From assembly GCA_963699255.1 (NCBI GenBank), contig OY969425.1, forward strand, positions 630,001 to 662,000: a stretch of 32,000 bases of DNA. The letters are read 5' to 3'. Source of the stretch: an uncultured bacterium (lineage in GTDB: Bacteria > Margulisbacteria > WOR-1 > CAVSGV01). Each line of letters starts with the position of its first letter. The stretch's first letter is position 1. The notes below the pieces were generated by a model. The model saw only the letters and a list, made by a program, of their open reading frames with translations. It did not search any database and was not told where the DNA came from. This document shows, piece by piece, positions 19,376-29,973 of the stretch. The translations under genes were made by a program, and so were the position numbers.

Positions 19376-20818
19376 TTATACTCCCTTTCTCACTTTGATT
19401 TCATTGGATTTTGTGATCTCCACTAAATAACCTTTTTTAAGGAGTTCATCTCTTATTTCGTCGGATCTTTTGTAGTCCTTTTTTGACCTTGCCGACTTGA
19501 TCTCCGATGCCAGATTCTTGGATCTCTTCCGGCAGTTCTTTTAGCTGGACATTTAGCCCAAGTACATCGATAACCATCTCTTCGAAAAGTCCGGTAGCCT
19601 GGGCCCAGATATCAGGAGAAGCATTATCCCGGCCGTTCAGCTCGAATATAATGTCGCAGAGCTTGAAAACTGAAGCCAGAGCTTCAGCTGTATTGAAATC
19701 ATTGTCCATTGATCTGATGAAATCCGCTTTGACCGCTTTAAGTTCTTTATCGCTGACGTCTTCTTTTCCGCATGAAGCATGCTCGCGTACTATGAAGAGG
19801 GCGCTGATCAGTCTGTCAAGCCCGCCCTTCGCGTTCTCAAGGTCGGCATCAGAGAAATTGATCGGGCTTCTGTAGTGGGTCGACAAAAGATAGAACCTGA
19901 TCAACATGGGATTGAATTTCGCGAAAATATCCCGAAGAGTGAAGAAATTGCCGAGCGACTTTGACATCTTCTCGGAATTTACGTTGACGAACCCGTTGTG
20001 TATCCAGTATCTGGCGAAAGGCTTGCCTGTGTAGCACTCCGCCTGGGCTATCTCGTTCTCGTGGTGCGGGAATACCAGGTCCAATCCTCCGCCATGAATA
20101 TCAAGAGTATCAACGCCAGCTTCTTTAAGTGACATCACTGAACATTCGATATGCCAGCCTGGCCTTCCTTTTCCCCACGGCGAATCCCAGCTCGGCTCCC
20201 CCTCTTTCGCGGATTTCCATAGAGCAAAATCAAGAGGAGCTTTCTTTCTCTCATCCACAGCGACCCGCGCGCCCTCTTTCAGGTCATCAAGTTTTCTCTT
20301 CGAGAGCTTTCCGTAATCTTTGAACTTGGCCACTTCAAAGTAAACATCACCTTCAATAATATACGCGTATCCTTTCTTCACCAGACCTTCGATAACCCTG
20401 ATCATTTCCTTGATATGCTCTGTCGCTTTGGGGTAAAAGTCCGCTTTTTTGACGTTCAGCTTATCCATCACCTCAAAGTAAGAAGCTATATATTTCTCCG
20501 TGATCTTCCTGCACAGTTCGCTCACGGCTAACGGCTTACCGCTGACGGCATCTATCCCGTCAGCCGATTGCCGTAAGCTGTTTGCTTTGTTGATTATCTT
20601 GTCATCGATATCGGTGATGTTCTGTATATATTTGACCTTATAGCCCGAATATTTAAGGTACCGGCGGATAACATCAAACACCACATAAGCCCTTCCATGT
20701 CCAAGGTGCGTCTCGTCATAAGGGGTGATGCCGCAGACATACATGCTGACATTTGGCGGGTTCAGAGGCTCAAATATCTGATCGTCCCTGGTTAAAGTGT
20801 TGTAAATTTTAGCGGCAT
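19376..20818 (-). CDS. cysS: Cysteinyl-tRNA synthetase, with two apparent frameshifts (near 19520 and 20807)
   Basis: MYVCGITPYDETHLGHGRAYVVFD, WHIECSVMSL, DLVFPHHENEIAQ, KMSKSLGN in the 19446-20744 ORF. Corrected N-term [25 protein letters not shown] and corrected C-term NLASEIKSARSKKDYKRSDEIRDELLKKGYLVEITK lie in adjacent frames. Confidence 0.93.
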
Positions 20819-21426
20819 TATTTCTTCAGCATCGATTCGAGTCTTGCAATGCGCTGGTTCATATCATCCAAAGCTTTTCCGACCGGGTCAGGAAGCTCTC
20901 CGTGCGCCAGAGGCTCTATCTTCCTGCCCTCGAGCACTACGATCCTCGCCGGATTGCCGACAACGGTCGATTTCGCGGGGACCGATTTCGTGACAACAGC
21001 TCCGGCCCCTATTCTAGCATTGTCCCCTATATGTATATTGCCAAGTATTATGGATTCAGCGCCAATAACAACTCCGTTGCCGATAGTAGGATGACGTTTG
21101 CCTTTTTCCGCGCCGGTGCCACCCAGTGTGACACCCTGATAGATCGTCACATCGTCGCCGACAACAGCCGTTTCACCTATAACTACTCCAACACCATGAT
21201 CGATAAAGCACCTTTTGCCGATCTTCGCGCCGGGATGGATCTCGATCAAAGTAGAAAGCCTGCTGACCTGGGAAATAAAACGGGGAATTACGGGTATCTT
21301 AAGGTTGTAAAGAAAATGAGCAACGTTGTGAAACCATAATGCCCATAATCCCTGGTACATCAATACTTCAAAAATATTGCCGGCTGCCGGGTCCCTTTCA
21401 AATACCGCTCTTATTCCATCGAACAT
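20818..21426 (-). CDS. cysE: Serine O-acetyltransferase
   Basis: [44 protein letters not shown], hexapeptide repeats; stop overlaps cysS start as TAATG. Confidence 0.95.
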   Translation of the reverse strand: MFDGIRAVFERDPAAGNIFEVLMYQGLWALWFHNVAHFLYNLKIPVIPRFISQVSRLSTLIEIHPGAKIGKRCFIDHGVGVVIGETAVVGDDVTIYQGVTLGGTGAEKGKRHPTIGNGVVIGAESIILGNIHIGDNARIGAGAVVTKSVPAKSTVVGNPARIVVLEGRKIEPLAHGELPDPVGKALDDMNQRIARLESMLKK

Positions 21427-21442
21427 AAATTAACTCCTTTAC

Positions 21443-21970
21443 TTACCTGTCGAAAAAGGGATTCTTTCCTGTTACGGAAAGAGGTATTCCCATCGCTATT
21501 TTAACATCATTTCCCAGAAGACCAAGCTCCACCGCCGCCTTTCCTATCGAGTTCATCAGGCGGTTATCCGTCCTGTGGTCCATCGCAACGCTCAATGCCG
21601 AACCCAATGCGATCCCAAGGTCGATCGTATTGAACGCGCAAACAGCTTCTTTCGGCTTTGATTCACAATCCTTGTATCCGCAATGTCCGCACGCCTTGAT
21701 GCCAAGGATGCCAAGTTTCGTGCCTATCAGGACAACATGGCTTACACCCTTTAGATTTCTCGAGTCCCTCCTGAACGATTCCGATCCGCCCTGTTTCTCC
21801 CTGATCTCAAGCATCTTTTTCGCGAGCTTGCCTACCGTTTCATCCTTTGCTATCGCGGTTACGATATTATCAACGCCCTTTGTCTTTGGCGCCGTGCGCG
21901 CGGCAACGCACATGTCTTCGGCGATATGGTCCAAAGCTTTTTCCTTGAGATCAGGTTCTTTGATAAGCAA
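21443..21970 (-). CDS. DUF2148 domain-containing protein
   Basis: ARTAPKTKGVD, GIKACGHCGYKDCESK, CAFNTIDLGIALGSALSVAMDHRTDNRLM. Confidence 0.85.
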   Translation of the reverse strand: MLIKEPDLKEKALDHIAEDMCVAARTAPKTKGVDNIVTAIAKDETVGKLAKKMLEIREKQGGSESFRRDSRNLKGVSHVVLIGTKLGILGIKACGHCGYKDCESKPKEAVCAFNTIDLGIALGSALSVAMDHRTDNRLMNSIGKAAVELGLLGNDVKIAMGIPLSVTGKNPFFDR

Positions 21971-22972
21971 TCAGATCGCCTCCGCCATTTTCCTCAAGAG
22001 TTCAAGTTGCTGGGACGTGCCAAGCGCCACCATCACGTCTCCGTGACCGATGACAGTAGTGGCCCCCGGTTGAAGATTGAATTTACCCGTTCCCTGCTTT
22101 ATCGCAAGGATCGTTGACCCTGTTTTCTGCTTTATCTCGAGTTCGGACAGCGTCTTTCCGATGAGCTTTGAGCCGTCATCGATCCTGTATTCCTCAAGCT
22201 CCAGCTCCACATTCTCACTGCGCATCACCATATCAAGGAAATCTACCGCCACGGGACGCAGCGCCATGGAAGCCATCCGGTTCCCGGCGATAAAATAAGG
22301 AGAGATCACCCTGTTCGCACCAGCTCTTCTCATTTTCGCTTCCGTGACGATAGTTGACGACCTCGCGACTATATACAGGTCCGGGTTCATTTCGCGGGCG
22401 GATAAAGTAACATACACGTTCGCCGTATCCGAGTCCGCACAGGCGATAAGCCCCTTTGCCTTCATTATGCTAGCTGACTCCAGGATCTCATCCGCCGCCA
22501 TGTCGCCTATGATGCACGGGATATTCTTGTCACCCAGTTCGGATGCGGTCTCAGGTTTGCTGTCCACCACGATGTAAGAAACCTTCTCGGCATCGAACTC
22601 TTTCGCGACCTGGTGCCCCACCCTGCCGTATCCGCAGATAATATAATGCCCCCTTAACTCCGAGATCTGTTTTTGCATGCTTCTCATCCTCCTGTATCCG
22701 ACTATTTGGCCTTCAACCATCATTTCAACCAGCTGACCTACCGTATAACCCACCGTGCCGACGCCGAAAATGATCAGGCCCATCGTTATCAGCCTGCCGG
22801 CATCGGAGAGCTCGTGCACTTCCCTGAAACCGACCGTCGCAAGCGTGATAGTGACCATATAAGCGGCATCAAGGAATCTCCAGTGCTCTATGAGCGTATA
22901 TCCTTCAAGAGCAAGGGTGATTATCACGACCAGCACGATTATCGGCGGTATTATCCTTCTTAATGGGTTCAT
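21971..22972 (-). CDS. Two-TM potassium channel protein with TrkA-N/TrkA-C domains
   Basis: Pore-like AYMVTITLATVGFREV, second TM, RCK domain HYIICGYGRVGHQVAKEF, C-terminal TrkA-C ELEEYRIDDGSKLIGKTLSEL. Confidence 0.88.
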   Translation of the reverse strand: MNPLRRIIPPIIVLVVIITLALEGYTLIEHWRFLDAAYMVTITLATVGFREVHELSDAGRLITMGLIIFGVGTVGYTVGQLVEMMVEGQIVGYRRMRSMQKQISELRGHYIICGYGRVGHQVAKEFDAEKVSYIVVDSKPETASELGDKNIPCIIGDMAADEILESASIMKAKGLIACADSDTANVYVTLSAREMNPDLYIVARSSTIVTEAKMRRAGANRVISPYFIAGNRMASMALRPVAVDFLDMVMRSENVELELEEYRIDDGSKLIGKTLSELEIKQKTGSTILAIKQGTGKFNLQPGATTVIGHGDVMVALGTSQQLELLRKMAEAI

Positions 22973-22979
22973 GGCTGTT

Positions 22980-23642
22980 TTATTTTAACATATAAACGGT
23001 AAAATCTCCCGGGTGGTAATCTTTTCTTATTATATACCTTTCGCAGACGGCTTTTGTCCATTTTATTATTTCTTCTTCGGTAAAATAAACATACTTCTCC
23101 GATTCTGTCTCCATGCCCGGAGGTATCACATATATGGATGACTGCGCCAGGAAGTTCACCGCAGTGCCGAAGTTGCAAAGATTGAACATCCTTGAGATCA
23201 TCCGGTTGACCGAAGCTTTGTGCGAGGAAATGTCCGCCATCCTTATGTTGAAGGCCCCTGAACTCATGACGAAATCGTATTTTTTGCTGAACTTATCGTT
23301 TATCAGATCGACGACCTGAAAGTCAACCCCGGGGAATTTCTTTTGAGCAAAATCGACCATCTTTTTTGAGATGTCGATGCCGGCATATCTGATCTTCAAC
23401 TTTTTGATCAGGCCGTTCGATCCCAGGAACTCGTAGAAATGCCCTATCCCGCATCCCACATCCAGTATGGAAAAATCCACTTCCTTGCGGGAGAAGGGGA
23501 TCATGTCAAGAAGAACGAAGAACCTTACAAGCTGGCTTTCCTTGCTTTTCCAGTCCAGGGACAGGTAATGGTCCCCGTGTTGTTCAAGCAATCCCTCGAA
23601 ATACTTGGCGATCTTTTCTTTCCCGGCGATAGATTCGCTCAC
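22980..23642 (-). CDS. Class I SAM-dependent methyltransferase
   Basis: FSILDVGCGIGHFYEFL motif I, YDFVMSSGAFN. Confidence 0.85.
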   Translation of the reverse strand: MSESIAGKEKIAKYFEGLLEQHGDHYLSLDWKSKESQLVRFFVLLDMIPFSRKEVDFSILDVGCGIGHFYEFLGSNGLIKKLKIRYAGIDISKKMVDFAQKKFPGVDFQVVDLINDKFSKKYDFVMSSGAFNIRMADISSHKASVNRMISRMFNLCNFGTAVNFLAQSSIYVIPPGMETESEKYVYFTEEEIIKWTKAVCERYIIRKDYHPGDFTVYMLK

Positions 23643-23661
23643 TTTGTTCGCTCACTATAAA

Positions 23662-24687
23662 TCAAATAAGTCCTTCTTCGATCATTTTTTCGGCTATCAA
23701 GACGGCGTTCGTCGCGGCCCCGCGCCTTAGATTATCGGACACTATCCAGAGGTCGAGCCCGTTCGGTATGGTTATATCTTCCCTTATCCTTCCGACAAAA
23801 GTCTCATCTTTCCCCACGCAGTCGATCGGGGTCGGATAGATCCCTTTTTCAGGGTCATCCATGACCTTTACGGTCGGGAAGCTCTCCAGTATCTCCCTGA
23901 CCTTTTTTACCGATATCTTCCTCTCCGTCTCTATGTTCACCGCTTCGCTGTGGCCGATGACCACCGGCACCCTAACCGTTGTCGCGGTGACCTGGATGCT
24001 CATGTCCCCCATAATCTTTTTTGTCTCGTTCACCATTTTGATCTCTTCCTTCGTGTATCCGCTGGAGGTGAACGAATCTATCTGGGGGATAACATTAAAA
24101 GCTATCTGTTTCGGCAGAACATTCACTTTCGCTTTCTTGCCCGCGAGGACGGCCTTTGTCTGGACAAAGAGCTCATCCACGGCCTCTTTACCCCAGCCGG
24201 AGGTCGACTGATAGGTTGAAACAACTATCCTTTTTATCTTAGCGATATCGTGTATAGGTTTAAGCACCATCAGCATCTGCGCGGTGGAGCAGTTCGGATT
24301 CGCGATTATCCCTTTGTGCCATTTCAGGTCGTAGGCATTCACTTCCGGCACGACAAGCGGGACGCCGGGGTCCATCCTGAAGAAAGAGGTATTATCGATA
24401 ACGACGGCGCCTCTTTTCACGGCCTCGGGGGCCAGTATCTGCGATATTTTCGCTCCGGCGGAGAACAGGCCGATGTCTATCCCCTCGAACGAGCCGGGTT
24501 TCGCCTCCTCAACGGTATATTTTTTCCCTCTGAAGGTCACTTTTGTGCCCGCAGTTCTTGTGGAAGCGAGAGGGAGGAACCTGTCAACGGGGAATTTCCT
24601 CTCCTCCAGGACCTGCATCATTACTTTCCCGACCATTCCGGTCGCTCCAAGGACCGCTACATTATATTTCTTTTTTGCCATGTTCAT
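23662..24687 (-). CDS. asd: Aspartate-semialdehyde dehydrogenase
   Basis: VAVLGATGMVGKVMMQVLEER, NPNCSTAQM, STYQSTSGWGKEAVDEL, VRVPVVIGHSE. Confidence 0.95.
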   Translation of the reverse strand: MNMAKKKYNVAVLGATGMVGKVMMQVLEERKFPVDRFLPLASTRTAGTKVTFRGKKYTVEEAKPGSFEGIDIGLFSAGAKISQILAPEAVKRGAVVIDNTSFFRMDPGVPLVVPEVNAYDLKWHKGIIANPNCSTAQMLMVLKPIHDIAKIKRIVVSTYQSTSGWGKEAVDELFVQTKAVLAGKKAKVNVLPKQIAFNVIPQIDSFTSSGYTKEEIKMVNETKKIMGDMSIQVTATTVRVPVVIGHSEAVNIETERKISVKKVREILESFPTVKVMDDPEKGIYPTPIDCVGKDETFVGRIREDITIPNGLDLWIVSDNLRRGAATNAVLIAEKMIEEGLI

Positions 24688-24832
24688 CTCTCCTTCTATT
24701 TTTGGAAGTTGTAATTATAGCGTATATGCGGGGATTTTTCAAAATGCTTTCAGGTAGCGCAGAAAACCGCGAGAATAAATCCAGAAGGAACGAAGAAACG
24801 GATTATTGGGGTAAAACTGATCCCGGTTTTAG

Positions 24833-26301
24833 TTATTTTACAGGCAGAATGATCGTGAAAGTGCTTCCCTCGCCGAGCTTGCTTTTTACCTGAATTGTGC
24901 CGTCATTCACCTCAACAAGCACCTTGCTCACCCGAAGGCCTAAACCATTTCCGATCTCATCATTTGTTCCATATGATCTAATATTATCAGGTTTCTCCTT
25001 CATATCGAATAGTTTGGCCACCTTTTCCGGCGACATCCCCATGCCTGTATCTTCCACCGATATTACGACATGCCCATCCACCCTATTCGCGAAGATTTTT
25101 ACCTCTCCCCCGCTAGTGAATTTAATAGCGTTAGAAACGAAATTCCCCAATACCGCCCCGATAATCCCCGGGCCCCTGTAATAACGAGATTTCTTGGAAC
25201 CAAATTCTTCAACTCCACTTTTTTCATGCCAGCGGGAATCTTCGCAATATCCAGCACGGAACCAACAGTATCGAAAAGATTCAGCTTTGTAAGCATGCGT
25301 TCGATTGATGTCGCTTCTTTCAACGAATTCAACTGATCAAGCAATGGGAGGCTGCTCTTAGCGGAAAACTCAATGGCTTCAAAGCAACTGCCAAGTGTAT
25401 TATAATCTTCCTCAATATTTTTATCTTTCCAGTCCATATCAATTAATTGGCACATACCCATTATGCCATTGAATGGGGTTTTCAGATCATGCACCATAAG
25501 GTTGAATAATCTTGCCTTTGTTTTAAGCTCCTCCCGCAGTTTTTTGTTTTCCAACACATATTTATACGGCCCCTCAAGGAGCTTGTCCGAGGTTTTCTTG
25601 AAATCGTCGATCATCTCTTCAATTTTACTTTTATATGTCGTTGAAGGATTGAACAGGTTCGCGAATTTCAACATTGTCCCCAATACTGACAACTTAAATA
25701 TTTTCAACCTGGCTGTGCCAAGGTCCCTTGACCGCCAGTACCGAAACGCGGACGGGGTATTAATGTTCATCTTTTCATTCGTCGGCATTGAACCAGGAAT
25801 GGGTTGCCCGAATGCGTTTCCTTCTGTTTGCGATTTTCCCCATTCGGTCAAGTGGGCAACTATGTGTTCATAGGTGCTCTTGGTCAGGCTTGAAATGATC
25901 CCCAACTGCTCGCGAACCTTATCAATATCTTCTTTTGTGAAATCAGTATACTTCTTTGCCAGGAGACTGCTAATAATATTGCCGGGAGCGGAAACCCCAT
26001 TATCTGAGCCCAGTATAACATCGACAGGTTTTTTTAAGTTAACTAACATGCCGCCAAAGAATTCTTTCTGCTTATTAATCTCTTCCTTTAGCGTTTGATT
26101 TTCAGCTATTATGGACTGAAAGGGTGCCGTAAGAAGCTTTCCCTTCTTTTCATCCAGGCCATCGATCTTCTTTTGCAGTGTTTCCGAACGAAAGATCTTA
26201 TTCACGGCCCTATAAGCGTTTTGCTTCAGTGAATTCCGAAGTATTTTCACGCCTAAATTGCGAGTTGTGTTTATATTTATCTTATTGATATCTGCTACCA
26301 T
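24833..26301 (-). CDS. Soluble histidine kinase, apparent frameshift near 25219
   Basis: HisKA-like NLMVHDLKTPFNGIMGM in the 25099-26301 ORF; N-box GNFVSNAIKFTS, SVEDTGMGM and GNGLGLRVSKVLVE in the 24833-25150 ORF, whose frame is open upstream (EEFGSKKSRYYRGPGIIGAVLGNFVS). Confidence 0.88.
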
Positions 26302-26457
26302 TTCCCTTTCCCCCTTGAGATAAGAGATATGAATGATCGACTCATTTTCGACCCTTCATTCCCTTCTACAGTATTATCGACAAATTTGCCCTGAAATTTC
26401 ACTGAATTTCATGAATGTTTTAGGGTAGGATACGGGCGCGGCGAACCCTGAAATGCC

Positions 26458-28227
26458 TTATTTGCTGCGGATCACACTGAGGATGAACCTGGGCAGGACC
26501 ATCATCCTTCTCCATCTTCCCGGCTCCTGGATAAGCCTCCAAAACCACTCAATCCCGGCCTTGCGCATGAAAATCGGCGCTCTCCTGACGCGGCCGGCTA
26601 TGACGTCAAAGCTTCCCCCAACGCACATAACAAGGGGAACGTCGAGCTCTTTTATGTGTTTTGCCGCCCATTTTTCCTGTCTGGGGCTTCCCATCCCCAC
26701 AAAAAGAATGTCCGGCTTTGCTTTTTTTATACTGTCCATGACAAGCTGTTCGTTCATCGAATATCCGTGGAAAGTACCTACCACATTGGCTTTTAGAGCC
26801 TGGGCTGCCTTCTCCGCTACGCCTTCCCTGCCTCCCAAAAGGAACAATCTATATCCCTTTCCTCTTGATACATCCGCCAGCTTCAGCATCATGTCTATCC
26901 CGGCGATCCTCTGCTTGAACCTTTTGCCGATGATCCTTCCCGCGATCATAAGGCCGATGCCGTCGGCGATCGAAAGATAAGCGCCGTTGATTATGTTCGT
27001 TAATTCAACATCCCGCTGCGATGACATTATCATCTCGGGATTGGGGGTAACTATCAGGCCGGTGCTTTTTGATGTTATCAGGTCTTCCGCCTTTTTTACC
27101 GCTTCATCCATTGTCATGTTGTCGATCTCAACGCCGAGGACCCGCACCCTGTTATTTTTAAGGACTTCCATTAAAAGGACAATGTTCTCCCCTGCGACGT
27201 TTGAAAGCCCTTCGACCCCGACCGTAACCGCGCTTGGTTCATCAATAAATGCGCTGACCGCACTTATAAGGTCGGCCTCTTTCAGGTCGTTGAAATCAAG
27301 CCACTTCCAGCCCGTTGATCTCTGGAAGCTTTCGACTTTCGGGTCGTAAGACAGGCCGAAACCCGGCGTTCCGGCCATAGAAGAAAATATCAGGCTGTGA
27401 AGCCTCATCCCGACCAGGGCGTCAAAGGATGAGATAACATCCAGCATCTCCGCGGGGGTGCATCGCCTCAGAAGGATGTGCGCCGGATATTTCATGAAGC
27501 CCATTACCCGATCGATGGCGTCCATATCGTCCGGATACTTGAATATCAAGAACACTATCTGAGAATCTTTTTCCTTTATCAGATGGTCGCATAGAGCGGC
27601 GACAGCTTTATATTTCGAGGCGGGATCCCTGACCTTTACAGGCGGGCGAAGAGCGACACCTATCAGGCGGGACCTGCATTTATTGATCCCCTCGATCTCA
27701 AGGAGTTTTTTCCCGTTCTCCTTGTCCGGGGAACCGAGAAGAAAAGACAGGTCCGCGGTCAGAACAAGCTTTTTGGGCTTCGCGCCTATGCTTATCAGCT
27801 CTTTAAGGGATATCTCATCACGGACAGAGACCAGGTCCACGTTCTTCAGGGCTCTCCTTAACAGCGACTTATTGCGGACGGGTCCTATCCCCTGCCCGAG
27901 CAGGATGGTTTTTTTCCTGAGATGCTTCGCCAGAAAGATCAAAAGCGAATAATAAAAAAGGCTCCTTGCGCTTGTCGAGTCCTGTAACAAGCCGCCCCCT
28001 CCAAGCACAAAGGCATCGCAGCTCGCCAGTTCTTTCAAGATATGGAAAAGAGAATATTTATGCACGGAATCTATGTTATACGACCTTGATGTTCCAAGGG
28101 GGTCATCCGAAAGGGCCGTGATCTTCCCGTAGGGGAATTCCTTCCTCAGCCGCGATACCAGGGCCTGTAATATCGCTTCATCACCGATGTTCCCGCTCCC
28201 AAAATAACCGGCAAGAAGCAGTTTCAT
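26458..28227 (-). CDS. Fusion: CsaB-like polysaccharide pyruvyltransferase + WecB/TagA/CpsF-family glycosyltransferase
   Basis: N-part MKLLLAGYFGSGNIGDEAIL ... LGGGGLLQD ... LLGQGIGP; C-part VLGVEIDNMTMDEAV ... LIVTPNPEMI ... RIAGIDMM ... FVGMGSPRQEKW. ATG at 28227 overlaps the upstream TGA; the track start at 28428 is too early. Confidence 0.9.
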   Translation of the reverse strand: MKLLLAGYFGSGNIGDEAILQALVSRLRKEFPYGKITALSDDPLGTSRSYNIDSVHKYSLFHILKELASCDAFVLGGGGLLQDSTSARSLFYYSLLIFLAKHLRKKTILLGQGIGPVRNKSLLRRALKNVDLVSVRDEISLKELISIGAKPKKLVLTADLSFLLGSPDKENGKKLLEIEGINKCRSRLIGVALRPPVKVRDPASKYKAVAALCDHLIKEKDSQIVFLIFKYPDDMDAIDRVMGFMKYPAHILLRRCTPAEMLDVISSFDALVGMRLHSLIFSSMAGTPGFGLSYDPKVESFQRSTGWKWLDFNDLKEADLISAVSAFIDEPSAVTVGVEGLSNVAGENIVLLMEVLKNNRVRVLGVEIDNMTMDEAVKKAEDLITSKSTGLIVTPNPEMIMSSQRDVELTNIINGAYLSIADGIGLMIAGRIIGKRFKQRIAGIDMMLKLADVSRGKGYRLFLLGGREGVAEKAAQALKANVVGTFHGYSMNEQLVMDSIKKAKPDILFVGMGSPRQEKWAAKHIKELDVPLVMCVGGSFDVIAGRVRRAPIFMRKAGIEWFWRLIQEPGRWRRMMVLPRFILSVIRSK

Positions 28228-29957
28228 TTTATCAGCGCTTCGATCCTCGGTCGGGCCGCGTTCCACGCGAGGTAAAGAAAATAGGCGGCTATGCCCAGGG
28301 CAATGCCAAGTATCAGGCCGACGCAGGACCTGACCAGCGTCACCACGATCGGAGTGTGAATGTGGCAAAAAGAATTCACCATGGATACGGGAGCAAGGAC
28401 CCCGGCGGAAAGCCACAACCACAGCCATTTGTTCCCGCCCTTTATGTAATAGACGGCGCCCAATATGATCGCGGGATAACCGATAAGGAATTCCTTCGTC
28501 CTGGGCCTGATGAACAACAGGTTCTCAAGAAGCTCTCTGCCGTGTTTTTCAAGCCCGGTCACCGGAAGGCCGAAATTCCCGCTCCTTAATATGAACAGCA
28601 CCCCGCAGGCGGCCGCGAGCAGGAACAGGACAGCGTGGATTATCTTTATATTGACGTTCAGGAGTTCTTTAAGCCTGGACACGGATGTTCTTAAGTCCAG
28701 GGTCTCTGCATTTTCCCTCCTCAAAAAGAAATATGCCGCGACGATCAACAAAGGAAGAACAAGGGCTATTTTCACTCCCGTGAACGCGTCAATGCCGAGC
28801 ATGTGCACGCTGTCCGACAAGAGAGCGGCGATGAACATCGCTCCCATAGCCGTGATCCCGGCTATGAACATAGTGATCGATACGGCTTTTGAAACCACAC
28901 CCACGGCAAAAGGCTCCCTCTTGGAGGGGAAGAGCGATATCATAGCGTATGTCGGAAAAACAACGGCGGAGGCCAGAGCCAGAAGCTTTACCGGCAATAC
29001 GCCGAACAAAGCCAATATCAGGATCGAAGCAAAAAAGTTCACGGGTATGAAGTAATGAACAAGCAATATGGCCCCGCTCGCGATGCCGAACGCGATAAAG
29101 ATCCGCTCCAGCCCGCTCAGCGATACTCTTTGAGGCACGGAGGCCTGGCCTATATCAAAACCGAGCGCCATAAGTTCCTGTTTTAGTCCCTTTACAAAAG
29201 ACAAGTTGGTCCCGATCAGATCTTTTCCGGCATCGGGATATTGGATCAGATGGACATAAAGTATCCTGACAGCCCTCTCTTTCGCCGCCCGGACAAATCT
29301 GCTCGCGGCTTCGTCCTGAGACATTTTCTCAAGTTCATCCGGCGGGATGCTGTGGACCTTTACCAGGTCTCCCCCCATGTAAGAAGCAAGCGTGCTGTCC
29401 CCCGATTGCTTGCCGAACTCTATGATCCCGTATTTCAGCTTGCTCGCTTTCAACGCAGCGGCCGTTTCTTTTAAATAATTCGGGTATCCGAGGACTTCCT
29501 CTTCATCAAATATGACGGTGTCAAAAGCTGAAATGTCCTTTATCTTCTGGCTTATCACCGGACCGCTCATGTTATAAACGTTCCTCAGCCTCGGAATGAT
29601 CCTGAGGCCGGAGTCCCGGACGATATTGATCCTGTTCACCGAAATGCCCCTGCCCGGAAAATACAGGTTGACCTTATTCGGGTCCAGTCCGGCCGTAAGG
29701 TTCGGGTCCAGATCGGTCGGCACGTCTTCGGTCAGCGCGACAGCAGAAATCCCGGCATCCCTGAACCGGGCAAGCAAAGACCCCGCTGAAATTTCCTTAA
29801 CGACCGAGAGCCTTTCTATATCGCTGAAGTCAGCCGCGATCTCGACGCGGTTGTTCGCCTTTTCAGCGCCGATCCTTTCGTAGATGACAAAAGCGGAAAC
29901 GGCTATGGCCGCCAGAAGGGCTATCATTATCAGAAGAACAACGTTCCTGTCTTTCAT
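28224..29957 (-). CDS. DUF5693-family polytopic membrane protein
   Basis: 577 aa, N-terminal TM, periplasmic segment EISAGSLLARFRDAGISAVALTEDV, several C-terminal TMs, location directly before csaB. Confidence 0.8.
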   Translation of the reverse strand: MKDRNVVLLIMIALLAAIAVSAFVIYERIGAEKANNRVEIAADFSDIERLSVVKEISAGSLLARFRDAGISAVALTEDVPTDLDPNLTAGLDPNKVNLYFPGRGISVNRINIVRDSGLRIIPRLRNVYNMSGPVISQKIKDISAFDTVIFDEEEVLGYPNYLKETAAALKASKLKYGIIEFGKQSGDSTLASYMGGDLVKVHSIPPDELEKMSQDEAASRFVRAAKERAVRILYVHLIQYPDAGKDLIGTNLSFVKGLKQELMALGFDIGQASVPQRVSLSGLERIFIAFGIASGAILLVHYFIPVNFFASILILALFGVLPVKLLALASAVVFPTYAMISLFPSKREPFAVGVVSKAVSITMFIAGITAMGAMFIAALLSDSVHMLGIDAFTGVKIALVLPLLIVAAYFFLRRENAETLDLRTSVSRLKELLNVNIKIIHAVLFLLAAACGVLFILRSGNFGLPVTGLEKHGRELLENLLFIRPRTKEFLIGYPAIILGAVYYIKGGNKWLWLWLSAGVLAPVSMVNSFCHIHTPIVVTLVRSCVGLILGIALGIAAYFLYLAWNAARPRIEALIK

Positions 29958-29973
29958 TTTATTTCCTCCCCGT

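Noticed and set aside
24833-26301. Two-protein split histidine kinase system
   Set aside because: The downstream frame is open well upstream of its listed start and joins at a 6-nt homopolymer, so a single-base indel is more likely than genuine two-protein organisation.
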